Assembly (NCBI GenBank): GCA_965215505.1
Contig: OZ244065.1
Span: forward strand, 5,120,001 to 5,184,000
Origin: Capsulimonadaceae bacterium
Lineage (GTDB): Bacteria > Armatimonadota > Armatimonadia > Armatimonadales > Capsulimonadaceae
Direction: 5' to 3'
DNA length: 64,000 nucleotides
The position numbers and the translations under genes were made by a program. The notes beneath the pieces were generated by a model. It saw only the letters and a list, made by a program, of their open reading frames with translations. It made no database searches and was not told the DNA's origin. Below are positions 48,920 to 58,224 of the stretch, one piece after another. How positions within the stretch are numbered: position 1 is the stretch's first letter; every line of letters starts with the position of its first letter.

Positions 48920-50605
48920 TCACCGGCTCGCCGTGGCGCGCGCTGACGTGGCGGGCAGCAGGCCGTACACCTGAAGCTGGTTTGAGAAGGTGGAAACGTA
49001 AACGCGGCCGTTGATGACGGTCGGCGGGCAGAACTTGGCGAACATGCCGACGTCATCCCGGCCCGCATTCTGCTTGGAGTCCCAGAGCAGGTGCGAGAGG
49101 TCCGAGGCGTCGTAGGCGCGGACGATGCCCGGCACCGTCTCCCAGTTCGCGTTGGCGTCATACGGGGTGCAGGACCAGATAATGCCCGTGCCGGCCTTGC
49201 CGCCGTCGGCGGAGACGGACAGGAAGCCGCCCGGCATGCCGTCGGGCACGGCCACCTCGGACTGCGAGGCGGGCGTCTCGGTCAGCTTGCCGCCGGTCAG
49301 GTTCAGGGCCATCGCCTTCAGATGATCGAACTCGGGCCAGACGTAGACCATCGGGCCTTTAGGCCCGTTCCAGAAGACGGGGGCACCGTGGATGTTCCCC
49401 GGCGTCATCTGGAATGCCTGTGCGATCTGGCTGTCGTCGCCGGCGTGGAGGTGGCCTAGGGCGTCCCGGTGGGTCATGTACATCCAGCCGTTCTTGCCGC
49501 CGCCCAGGATCAGAGTCGTGCCCGGAACCAGGAGCGGGCCGGACGCGCCCAGGTCGGAGTCGTGGACGTTCAATTGGGCCTGGTTGTAGGGGGTGAAGTA
49601 GTCCACGACGGACAGCGTCCCCGGAACGGGACGCAGTTTCAGCATGCTGTTGCCGTAGTCATGCCCGCCCGAATCGGCGTCAAACGTCCCGTTCCCGGTC
49701 ATCGCATAGAGATTGCCCGCGCTGTCGGCGGCCATCCCCATGCCGGCCTGCCAGACCGAGCCTTCGGTCCCGTTGGGCGTGACGTTGAAGACGCAGACGC
49801 GGCTCAGTGTTTTGGCGTCGTAGCCCATGATCCACCCGTGGAAAGGCGGGTCGTCGGCGTGGGAGCCGAAACCGAGGTAGACCACGCCGCTTGCCAGCAA
49901 TAGGCCCGTCCGCTGCAAGTGCTTGACCGGGTCGAACGAGACGCGCCCGTTCACGCTGCCCTCGCCCGTGCCCGCCGCGTTGCCCTGGATGACGACGGGG
50001 CTGCCGGCCCGCTCCTGACCCGTCGTGATATCCAGCGCGTGCAGGCGGTGGACGTAGGTCCCGCCCTCCTTCGTCTTGGCCTCGACATAGATGGCTTTGT
50101 TGGTCAGGTCGATGACCGGCGTACTGGTAATCCCGATCTCCACCCGCATGTCGGTCCAGCGCGTCTTGTAGACCTCGGCGGCGGGAACGGACGGACCCAG
50201 GTTGATCTTCCACAGCGGGTCGGCGGCCTTCGGGTCGTCGGCGTCAAAGGCGTAGACGCTGTTGTGGGCGGTCGCCAGGAAGACGACGTTGTGGACCCCC
50301 TTGCCGGGGATGGGCAGCCGGGGCACATAGAGCGGCTGCGCGTACAGGTAGCCGTCCACGTCCCGCGTCCACAGCTTGCCGAAGGTCTTGACGTTGACGT
50401 TCGACGTGTTCAGGACCGTCTCACGCAGGTTCGCCCCCGTCCGCTGGTTGTCGTTATGCTGCGTCAGCATGGACACCGGCGGTTTCGCTGCGGCATAGGG
50501 AATCGGGGGCGGCCCGGACGGGGCTGCCCCCGCCCCGCCGCTTGCGGGGAGGCCCAAGGCCGCCGCTATCGCCATGTTACGCCACAAAGACAGACTATGT
50601 CCCAC
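48920..50605 (-). CDS. Secreted PQQ-like beta-propeller protein
   Basis: Signal peptide, TQHNDNQRTGAN, YAQPLY, GITSTPVID, DSDLGASGP, KFCPPTVINGRVYV. Confidence 0.8.
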   Translation of the reverse strand: MGHSLSLWRNMAIAAALGLPASGGAGAAPSGPPPIPYAAAKPPVSMLTQHNDNQRTGANLRETVLNTSNVNVKTFGKLWTRDVDGYLYAQPLYVPRLPIPGKGVHNVVFLATAHNSVYAFDADDPKAADPLWKINLGPSVPAAEVYKTRWTDMRVEIGITSTPVIDLTNKAIYVEAKTKEGGTYVHRLHALDITTGQERAGSPVVIQGNAAGTGEGSVNGRVSFDPVKHLQRTGLLLASGVVYLGFGSHADDPPFHGWIMGYDAKTLSRVCVFNVTPNGTEGSVWQAGMGMAADSAGNLYAMTGNGTFDADSGGHDYGNSMLKLRPVPGTLSVVDYFTPYNQAQLNVHDSDLGASGPLLVPGTTLILGGGKNGWMYMTHRDALGHLHAGDDSQIAQAFQMTPGNIHGAPVFWNGPKGPMVYVWPEFDHLKAMALNLTGGKLTETPASQSEVAVPDGMPGGFLSVSADGGKAGTGIIWSCTPYDANANWETVPGIVRAYDASDLSHLLWDSKQNAGRDDVGMFAKFCPPTVINGRVYVSTFSNQLQVYGLLPATSARATASR

Positions 50606-50661
50606 GGTCAGCTCCTACTAATGAGTGTCAGGCGTGCCTGACGACGGCTCCGATGGCGGGT

Positions 50662-53600
50662 TCACACCTCCGCCAGTATGTCCTTGCGCCGCGCGTCGTA
50701 CTCCTCGCGCGTGATCAAGTCCTCGTCCAGCAGCTCCTTCAGCGAAGCCAGCCGCTCCTTGAGCGTCTTGGCAGGCGGCGCGGTGGCCGTCGCCGTCTGG
50801 CCGTTTCCATTCCCGCCGCCGATGATCGCGGGCGGCTGGGCCACCGTTTGCAGCGCAGGCCCGGTCGCCATCGTCACCGTCGCCGGGGCGGACGACGTTC
50901 CGGCGTAGTTGATCTCTTCCAAATAGTCGGTCAGCACCTTGTAGTAGGCGTTGTAGAAGCCCGGCGTCCAGGCCGTCTTCTGCCGGTTCGCGTGGGCCAC
51001 CAGCCGGTCGCCCAGGCCCCGCGCGCCCTCCGCCCGCAGCCGCTCGTCAATCGCCGCCGCGATCTGCGCCTCCATCCGGCGGTCATCGCAGAGCCGCTGA
51101 ATGATGTCGCGGGCCTCCAGCGGGGGGCGGTCCGCGCTGCCCGTCTCGGCTTTGAAGCCCGCGATGGGCGTCTCGACCGTGTTGAAGCCGCCCAGGGCGT
51201 CCGACTTGGGCATCCCGAACTTGTCCACATAGCTCGCGACGAAGCGGATCTCGGTCCGCGTCCCGACGCTGGTATACCGCGACTCCTGTTCCTCAGAGAT
51301 CACCGCCGAGGCCCAGCCGACGACGAACGTCCGCCACGCCTCCCGCTGGTCCTCAAACGAGGGCGGCGCGATCCGCACCCAGTCCTTGACGTCCGTGCGG
51401 GTGTGGATCGGGTTCGCCGCCGCGCCCTGCGCCTTCACCTGGTCGTAGGCATAGCGGTAGGAATCCATACCCTGCAAGAGACGCAGCGGAAACGCCGCCC
51501 GCTCCTGCAAGAACAAGACCTGATCCGACTCGTTGGAGTTGGTGATCTGCTGGTCCTTGACGTTCTGGACGCTCTCCGTCAGCATGGACTGGAACCGCTG
51601 CTCGCTTTCGGAGCGCGGGGCCGCGCCGTGCAGGATGCCGACGATGGTCTGCTCCTTGTTCATGTTGTGCGTGTAGTTCGGCGCGTTCTCCTGCAAATGC
51701 AGGAACGGCTGCGAGAGCGACACGACGCGCCGCAAAGTCTGGGTCGTCCGGTCGGTGTCCAGGCCATACTTGGCATAGAACTTGTCCAGTACGCTCTCCT
51801 CGGCGACCGGCTTGAAGACCGCCTGCGCGTGTTCCAGGATGACCTGGCTCAGGCGCAGCAGCTCGTTGTCCTTGACCCCCCATACGTCGTTGCGCGTGCC
51901 TAGGGTCTCCAAGATGTCCGCCGTCAGGTTGTTGACGGCCGGGTTGTTCGGGTCCTGCGCGTTCCCCACATAGAAGCTATATCGGTCGTCAATGTCCCCG
52001 CCAACATACCGATCTATGCCCGTATTCGGGTCCGTCTCACGCCGACCGGGGTTGAACAGCACTTCGCCGTTCACATCCACCGGCTCCTGAACCGCATGGC
52101 GCTCGGCCTTTTCAAACCGGGACCGCAGCGACTCCATCCGCTCGACGTAGCGGTCCATCTCGGCCCGCAGCCCGGCTACCGTCTCGATCAGGCGGCTGTA
52201 GAAGGCGATGGCCGCCCCCGCCGCCTTGCGGTCCAGGGCCTCGGCGTCCAGCCGCCGCTGGGCGGCGATGTAGCCGTCCTTTGCCTCGTCTATCTCGCGC
52301 CGCTTGGCCGTCGCGATCAGGCCGAGCATGAAGTCGCCCGCGTGGCTGTTGATGCGCTGGAGCGAGTCGTCGCGCTGCTTGGTCAGCGGGAACGACCCGC
52401 CCAGCAGCTCATCCCCCTGCTTCTCCATCTGGGTGATGTAGCCCCGGAACCTTTCGGTCATCGTGTCCAGGGCCGCCGCCGCAACCGTGTGCCGGTGGTT
52501 CGGGTCATTGACGCGGGCGGAAACCCAGTCGCGCAGGGCCTTGTCTTTGGCACGGATCGTCGCGCCGAGGTTCTGCTGGATCTGGAAGACCGACTCGCCC
52601 AGGTTCGCCCGCCGCTTCGCCATCAGGTCCGGGTTCGGGTCCGTGTCGGCCATCCGCGCCTCGGCCTCTTTCTGACGCGCCAGCAGGTACTCCACGACCC
52701 GCCCGTGTCCGGGATAGGCCGTCAAGTATTGCCGGTCCACGGCCTGCCAGTAGGCCATCGCGCCGTCGCGCAGCGTCTCGCCCGTCTCGGAGTTGCCCAG
52801 CAAGACCTGACGCTGGACCGCCTCGGGCGTCAGACCCAGCCGCCCCAGCTCCTGGTCGGTGAAGGCCCCCAGATTGACCGTCCGCTCCAGCGGCGTCGTC
52901 CAGCGGCGGACGATGTCGCCCGCCAGCCGGTTCGAGCAGGCCGCCATGACCTTGTCCTTGGGGAACTGGATCGCCGACAGCCCGAAGCCCATGTAGTTCT
53001 GCGGGCAGCCCAATCCGTCCGTCGTGATGAGGAACTGGTCAAAGTTATTCCGGTTGGACTTCTTCTGACGCTGGAATTCGGAGGTCAGGTCCAGGAAGAT
53101 CGAATGCCCGATCATCTCCACTAGGTCTTTGACCGAGTCCAATTGGGCGGCAGGCGACGACGTATCCGCTAGGTAGGTGTACCGGAACGGCGGGTCGGCG
53201 CTCTCCATAACCGGGATGTCCGCCTGATACTGCGCCGTGAACGTCGTCGTCGCGTCCGTATAATGGTTTAGCTCCAAGAGCGCCGCGTAGGCGTTGGGCC
53301 GGTTGTCCACGGCCACCGCCTCGGAGTTCGGCGGGATGGAGAACATGCCGACCGTTTCCAGCATCCTCTGCGTCTTGAACTTGTTGCGGACGGTGTAGGC
53401 CAGGTCCAAGAACATCCCCGAGCCGGTCCCGCCGAGCAGGGACCCGACGATGTAGACCGTGATGCCCTCGCCGACCTGCAAGCCGTTCCGAATCGCCGTC
53501 TCTTTGCTGGAGTCCTTGGTGATCTGGAGCATCTGCTCTTCCAGCCGCCGCGCGATCTGGTTGTAGTTCCAGAAGTAGGCCAGCCGCCCGCGCGCCCGGA

Positions 53601-54030
53601 CCGCGCCCGCGCCCTGGTCAATGTCGCCGGTCAGGACGCGCGGGTCCAGCCACGTCCGCAGGTGGGGATGCTCGCGCAGGTTCTTCCGCAGCGAATCCAC
53701 GCCATGCACGGAGGTGTGTATCTTGTCCGCGTTGTCTAAATTAACCGCGTCGTCATAGTCCGGGTTCTTGGCGAAGATCACCTGGTCGGTGTCCAGCAGC
53801 AAAAACGAGACGATGGGCAGCTTGTCCAGCGACCCGTACTTCTCGGTCAGCCGCTTGCGGACATCCAAAAGAATCTGGTGCCCCGTCCCGCCGACCCCGA
53901 CGATGAGCGACCGCGAGACCCCCCGCAGCCGCCCGTCCTCCGCCTGCGGCCCCGCCGTGGAGGCCGGTGCAGCGGGCGTGTTGATCGCGTTCACGATCGC
54001 ATCTGTGATAGGTTGTGTGTTATCTGCCAT
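50662..54030 (-). CDS. Tubulin/FtsZ-like GTPase (Tubulin_2/FtsZl1-type) with long helical region and C-terminal SHOCT domain
   Basis: IVGVGGTG, LLLDTD, GAGAVRARGR, GSLLGGTGSGMFLD (tubulin signature), NAYAALLELN; C-terminal ERLASLKELLDEDLITREEYDARRKDIL. Confidence 0.88.
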   Translation of the reverse strand: MADNTQPITDAIVNAINTPAAPASTAGPQAEDGRLRGVSRSLIVGVGGTGHQILLDVRKRLTEKYGSLDKLPIVSFLLLDTDQVIFAKNPDYDDAVNLDNADKIHTSVHGVDSLRKNLREHPHLRTWLDPRVLTGDIDQGAGAVRARGRLAYFWNYNQIARRLEEQMLQITKDSSKETAIRNGLQVGEGITVYIVGSLLGGTGSGMFLDLAYTVRNKFKTQRMLETVGMFSIPPNSEAVAVDNRPNAYAALLELNHYTDATTTFTAQYQADIPVMESADPPFRYTYLADTSSPAAQLDSVKDLVEMIGHSIFLDLTSEFQRQKKSNRNNFDQFLITTDGLGCPQNYMGFGLSAIQFPKDKVMAACSNRLAGDIVRRWTTPLERTVNLGAFTDQELGRLGLTPEAVQRQVLLGNSETGETLRDGAMAYWQAVDRQYLTAYPGHGRVVEYLLARQKEAEARMADTDPNPDLMAKRRANLGESVFQIQQNLGATIRAKDKALRDWVSARVNDPNHRHTVAAAALDTMTERFRGYITQMEKQGDELLGGSFPLTKQRDDSLQRINSHAGDFMLGLIATAKRREIDEAKDGYIAAQRRLDAEALDRKAAGAAIAFYSRLIETVAGLRAEMDRYVERMESLRSRFEKAERHAVQEPVDVNGEVLFNPGRRETDPNTGIDRYVGGDIDDRYSFYVGNAQDPNNPAVNNLTADILETLGTRNDVWGVKDNELLRLSQVILEHAQAVFKPVAEESVLDKFYAKYGLDTDRTTQTLRRVVSLSQPFLHLQENAPNYTHNMNKEQTIVGILHGAAPRSESEQRFQSMLTESVQNVKDQQITNSNESDQVLFLQERAAFPLRLLQGMDSYRYAYDQVKAQGAAANPIHTRTDVKDWVRIAPPSFEDQREAWRTFVVGWASAVISEEQESRYTSVGTRTEIRFVASYVDKFGMPKSDALGGFNTVETPIAGFKAETGSADRPPLEARDIIQRLCDDRRMEAQIAAAIDERLRAEGARGLGDRLVAHANRQKTAWTPGFYNAYYKVLTDYLEEINYAGTSSAPATVTMATGPALQTVAQPPAIIGGGNGNGQTATATAPPAKTLKERLASLKELLDEDLITREEYDARRKDILAEV

Positions 54031-54075
54031 GTGTGTTGTTTACAGGAAACATAGTTCGGTGCTTATGCACCGGGT

Positions 54076-55146
54076 TCATCTCGGCGTCCAGCGCCGTTCT
54101 TCTCTTGCTTTCTCCGCTGCTCTGTTCGAGTAATTACCGACAATTTGGCGCAGCGTCTCATTCTGAGTACGCCATTTCGTCTGCCCGGCGTTCACGGCGT
54201 AAAGGGGGATGATCCGCCGCAGGCGCTCGATGTCGGTCAACGTCGCCACGAAATCCCACTCGCCCCCTGCGGTTACGATAACTGAGCGGAGGCCCTTCTG
54301 GTACAGATCGGTGATCTGATCCCAGGCTATCAGCACACGCTCAGGCCCATTGATGAATGTCAGCCCCTCGGCGTCCACTCGAATCTTCTGCTTTAGCCGC
54401 CGGTGTGTCTCCTGATACGTTGAACGGATCAAGAGCGGCAGGACCTGCTTGCCCACAAAGAACAGTCCCGTTGGGGTCAGCAGCCAGCCCCAGCCGGGCA
54501 GCGTGTGCGTCGTTTCCCAGCGCCACCCGAAGTAGACGACAGCCGCCGCCAGACCGATCTGGTGCCACTGACGCAGCCACGGCAGCGTGTGACGGTTCAG
54601 GATCGTGTCGTAGTGGAACACCAGGGGCCAGTCCGAGGGGCGCTCACCCCGGACGCCCCACGCGCCGCCCCAATAGGCTGGCTTTGCCGCCACCGCGCGC
54701 TGCCGGATAAAAGCCCGCAGTTTGGCCTCGTTCGACCAGCGGCCCGTCCCCATTCGGAGTTGCCCGGCCTGCGTCTCGACATAGCTCCCTTCACTGGCTC
54801 GGTTTCCGTTGGGCGACGGAAGGCGGTCATAATAATCACGGACACCTTCCCAGGGTGTAGACCGCCAGCGCCAGCCGTACCGCCAGCGGAGTCCTGCCTC
54901 GTCCGCGATAATATCTGCCCGCAAGCGGATCAAAAGAATCCCAGACATGAGCAGCAAGAAAAGGCCACTGTGCAGCGCAAACGGGGAGAACGCCGTAAGG
55001 GTGTTAGCACCGGGAGGGACCAAGAAGGACGACAGGCACAGCACACCGCTCAGCAAAAATGAAATCCAGAGGCCCGGCCTTGCCCCAGACCATTCGCACC
55101 GTACCTCGGTTTCACCCGCCCCTGGATTATATGGGGAGATGTCCAT
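54076..55146 (-). CDS. Membrane protein with two bacterial PH-like modules
   Basis: Two units of 2 TM plus IxxDxxGL...xWxxI/V (IIADEAGLRWR...TPWEGV; IRVDAEGLTF...IAWDQI). Confidence 0.65.
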   Translation of the reverse strand: MDISPYNPGAGETEVRCEWSGARPGLWISFLLSGVLCLSSFLVPPGANTLTAFSPFALHSGLFLLLMSGILLIRLRADIIADEAGLRWRYGWRWRSTPWEGVRDYYDRLPSPNGNRASEGSYVETQAGQLRMGTGRWSNEAKLRAFIRQRAVAAKPAYWGGAWGVRGERPSDWPLVFHYDTILNRHTLPWLRQWHQIGLAAAVVYFGWRWETTHTLPGWGWLLTPTGLFFVGKQVLPLLIRSTYQETHRRLKQKIRVDAEGLTFINGPERVLIAWDQITDLYQKGLRSVIVTAGGEWDFVATLTDIERLRRIIPLYAVNAGQTKWRTQNETLRQIVGNYSNRAAEKAREERRWTPR

Positions 55147-55167
55147 AAATCACCCTTCGATAGTGTT

Positions 55168-55452
55168 TTATCTGTCCCGAAGCGTAAGCATGAAACCCAG
55201 CGCAAACAGCCCGACGATCCCCATCTGTGCCAATAAGATGGTCACATCCACCGGCGCGGGGACGCTCCCCGTCAGGCCGGAGGCCAGCGCCATCAGGCCC
55301 GGCGCATCCTTACTGACCAGGTCCGGCGGCGACAGCAGGGACCGGTACAAGACCGGGTGACTCGTCCCCTGTGTCAGATACGGCGGAAACAGCAGCATCA
55401 GTGCCGCGATAATGATGGCGGCCCACAAGACCGCCAACTGCCTCCCGTTCAT
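55168..55452 (-). CDS. Small 2-TM membrane protein
   Basis: MNGRQLAVLWAAIIIAALMLLFPPY...; ATG overlaps the upstream stop (ATGA), GGGAGG RBS. Confidence 0.7.
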   Translation of the reverse strand: MNGRQLAVLWAAIIIAALMLLFPPYLTQGTSHPVLYRSLLSPPDLVSKDAPGLMALASGLTGSVPAPVDVTILLAQMGIVGLFALGFMLTLRDR

Positions 55453-56345
55453 GCCGCCCCTCCCCCGACCCGGCGACGCAGCGTTTGTTCCTCGATCCCT
55501 TCCGCCTGCGCCGGCACGTCCCCGCCAACCGTGGGCCGGCTCAGGATCGTGTCCACCTCGGCCCGCGCGACCGTCACGGCGTTCGCCTCCAGTGCGACCC
55601 GGTGGATGCTGGCGGCCAGCCCGGAGAGTTCTGGTACGGACTGACGCCCGCCCACCTGGAGCGCGGTGAGGCTGGTCTGGAGGGCGCGGACCTGCTCCCC
55701 GACCTCCTCCCGCAAGGCGCCGTTGCGGCGCAGCAGGAGCAGCGTCCGGGCGGTGGTGTCCGAGCGCCGCAGCAGCGACTCGGCGCGGCGTCGCAGGCTG
55801 GCCGCGATGACCGAGTCGGTCTCGGATTGTGCCCGGAGCGCCTGCATCTCGGCCTCGGCCCGCAATGCCGCCGGGTCGTCCGTCATGACCTTCTGCTCGG
55901 GCGGCAGCGCCTCCACCGCCGTTCCCAGGGCCGTGATCGCTTCCCGGACCTCCCTGTCCGCCGTCTCGTCCTTCGTCGCCGGCAGGCTCACGACGGAACA
56001 GGCCAGTTCGAGGTAGCTCTTGACCAGCGCGTCCTGCGCCCGCTGCCGAACGCATTGCAGCTCGTAGGCCGAAACCGGTTTCTGCCCGCCTTCGTCTGTG
56101 CCGCGCGCCCGCAGTGTAAGGAGCCCGTACCAGGCGAAGCAGAGGACGGCGATGATTGCCGGCGTGGCGGCGATCGCCGGGACTTGTATCGCCTCGAAAA
56201 AGCCTGCGACGGCGAGGCAGCCAAGCCCCCACTTGCCCACGGCGCTGGGCTTTGCGCTCTCCTCGGGCTGAAGGGACGCCTGGGAACGCTCCTGCTGTAT
56301 CTCCCGGTCGATCCACTCCCCCAGATTACGCGGGTAAAGGTCCAT
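55449..56345 (-). CDS. 2-TM plus helical/coiled-coil protein; paralog of 56347-57336
   Basis: MDLYP start, two TMs, YLEL...REAITALGTAVEALP...ETDSVIAASL...LLRRNGALREE. Confidence 0.75.
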   Translation of the reverse strand: MDLYPRNLGEWIDREIQQERSQASLQPEESAKPSAVGKWGLGCLAVAGFFEAIQVPAIAATPAIIAVLCFAWYGLLTLRARGTDEGGQKPVSAYELQCVRQRAQDALVKSYLELACSVVSLPATKDETADREVREAITALGTAVEALPPEQKVMTDDPAALRAEAEMQALRAQSETDSVIAASLRRRAESLLRRSDTTARTLLLLRRNGALREEVGEQVRALQTSLTALQVGGRQSVPELSGLAASIHRVALEANAVTVARAEVDTILSRPTVGGDVPAQAEGIEEQTLRRRVGGGAA

Positions 56346-56346
56346 G

Positions 56347-57336
56347 TCAGAGCGCATCCCCGTTCAGACCTAGCCGCCGCTGCCGCACTTCTTCCTCCGC
56401 CGCCGGAACGCCCGCGCGGGTCCGGCTCAACAGCGTATCCACCTCGACGCGAGCGGCGGTGACGGCGTTGGCCTCGGAAGCAACGCGGCGGATGCGGGCG
56501 GCGACGCCCGCGAGTTCCGGCCCGCTGTCGTCCCCGTCCAATCCGGCGGCGGCGAGACTCGTCCGCAGTGCGCCGATCTGGTCCGCCAGTTCCTCGCGAA
56601 GTGCCAGGTTGCGCCGCAGGAGGAACCGGACGCGCGCGACCGTTTCGGCCTGCCCCCGCAGGGCCTCGACGCGGCGGCCCAGGCTGGCCGCCACCACGGG
56701 GTCACTCTCCCCCGTCGCCTCCGAGGCCAGGCGGTCGGCGGCGGCTTGCAGCTTAACGTGGCTGTCCGGGACCCCCTCCAGCGTTTGAGGCGGCAGGGAC
56801 TCGATGGCCCCGCCCAGGGCGCGGATCGCCTCCCGCGCGCTCCGCGCGCTGTCCTCCCGGCTCGTCGCCAGCGGGGCGAGGTGCATCGCCGCCCAGACCA
56901 GTTCCAGGTACATCCCCAGCAGCGGGTCGTCCCCGCCTTGCCGCAGCAGGGCGTTCTGGAGCTGCGTGACTTCCGGCTCGGTCAGGCGCGCGTAGGGGCT
57001 GGCCTGCGGTTCGGCAAAGCCGCGCTGCACGGTCGGTATCGCGCGCGTCCATCCGCTCCGCTTCTGCCGCACTATGGCCGCCACGATTAAGCAGAAGAAG
57101 AGCGCCATCAAGAAGGAGCAGTGGAATACGATCTGCGTCGCCCAGGCTGCGAAGACGCTGCCGATGAGGTAGAACCAGGCGGTGGTTGCCCTCTGCTTCA
57201 GCGTCTCGACGCGGCCCGAGGGGGATATGGACGGGCCTGACGCCCACTCAGCCCCGCCTTTGTCGGCGCGCGACTGCCGGTGTTCCAGCACCTGCCGGCA
57301 GTGACGCGGCCCCAAATCCTCCGGGTAGATGTCCAC
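56347..57336 (-). CDS. 2-TM plus helical/coiled-coil protein; paralog of 55449-56345
   Basis: GTG-DIYP start (alternative ATG 57360), two TMs, YLEL...REAIRALGGAIESLP...ESDPVVAASL...LLRRNLALREE. Confidence 0.75.
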   Translation of the reverse strand: MDIYPEDLGPRHCRQVLEHRQSRADKGGAEWASGPSISPSGRVETLKQRATTAWFYLIGSVFAAWATQIVFHCSFLMALFFCLIVAAIVRQKRSGWTRAIPTVQRGFAEPQASPYARLTEPEVTQLQNALLRQGGDDPLLGMYLELVWAAMHLAPLATSREDSARSAREAIRALGGAIESLPPQTLEGVPDSHVKLQAAADRLASEATGESDPVVAASLGRRVEALRGQAETVARVRFLLRRNLALREELADQIGALRTSLAAAGLDGDDSGPELAGVAARIRRVASEANAVTAARVEVDTLLSRTRAGVPAAEEEVRQRRLGLNGDAL

Positions 57337-57359
57337 GGCGCACCCTTCCCACAGCGACA

Positions 57360-58052
57360 TCACACCGCCCGGCGGCGGCTGAACAGGCCGACGAGGACGG
57401 CCAGGACCAGGACGCCGCCCAGGGCCACACTCAGCCAGCGCACATAGTCCGCGCTGTTGAGCAGCAGGACGCACAGGACCAGGCCGACATAGGCGACCAG
57501 CCCGATCAGCAGGGCGACCCGCGCCGCTGCCGCCGCGTCGCCGCGCTGGTTCAGGCCGCGCGTCGCCGTGTAGGAGACGAACGGCAGCAGCAGCAGGCAG
57601 ATGAGCAGGCCGACGCCCAGCACGATGTAGCGCGTGACCGGGCTTGCGACGACGAACTGGAAGTCGTTCTCCGGCGTGGCGGGGAAACGGACGCCGCCGA
57701 TGTCTCCGGCCTGCGCCTCGAAATGGTAGCGGTACTCGCCGCTCTCCGTCGGCGAGTAGGGCCAGGTGGCCGCGACGCCCGTCGCCGGGTCGCCCGCCGA
57801 CGCCTTGCCCGGCACGGTGACCGTCTCGCCGTTCGGGGTCAGCACGACCATGGACAGCTTCGTCGGCGGGTCGCCGGTGTATTTCAGGGAGAGCGCCATC
57901 AGCTCATTGAGTTTTACCTCGGTCGGCAGGGAATGGGAGTCGTTCAGCTCCAGCTTCGGCGGGGCGGCGATGGCCCCGGCGGCGAGGAGGCAGAGCAGGC
58001 TGAGGGCCAGGATGATTCGGGTGAAAACGGTTTGACGGAAGACGGGTTTCAA
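57360..58052 (-). CDS. Membrane protein: signal peptide, Ig-like beta domain, 3 TMs
   Basis: TTG start with GAGG RBS; YSPTESGEYRYHFEA; three C-terminal TMs. Confidence 0.7.
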   Translation of the reverse strand: MKPVFRQTVFTRIILALSLLCLLAAGAIAAPPKLELNDSHSLPTEVKLNELMALSLKYTGDPPTKLSMVVLTPNGETVTVPGKASAGDPATGVAATWPYSPTESGEYRYHFEAQAGDIGGVRFPATPENDFQFVVASPVTRYIVLGVGLLICLLLLPFVSYTATRGLNQRGDAAAAARVALLIGLVAYVGLVLCVLLLNSADYVRWLSVALGGVLVLAVLVGLFSRRRAV

Positions 58053-58224
58053 GGGCGCGTGGCCTCCTCGGCGGGGCAGGTTAGAGACGACACCACGGCA
58101 TTCAGGCGGTGCCCCTTGTCTCTACGGATGCTTCCCGATTATTGTGACACATAACGTGAAAAAAGGTTGCAACGGTTCGCGGGGGCGCAAGCGACCGGCA
58201 TTGGAAATGCCGGTTCCCTTCGGT

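Noticed and set aside
50662-54030. Calling this gene ftsZ or tubZ
   Set aside because: About three times longer than FtsZ, no dcw or plasmid partition context, and no FtsZ T7 loop or C-terminal peptide.
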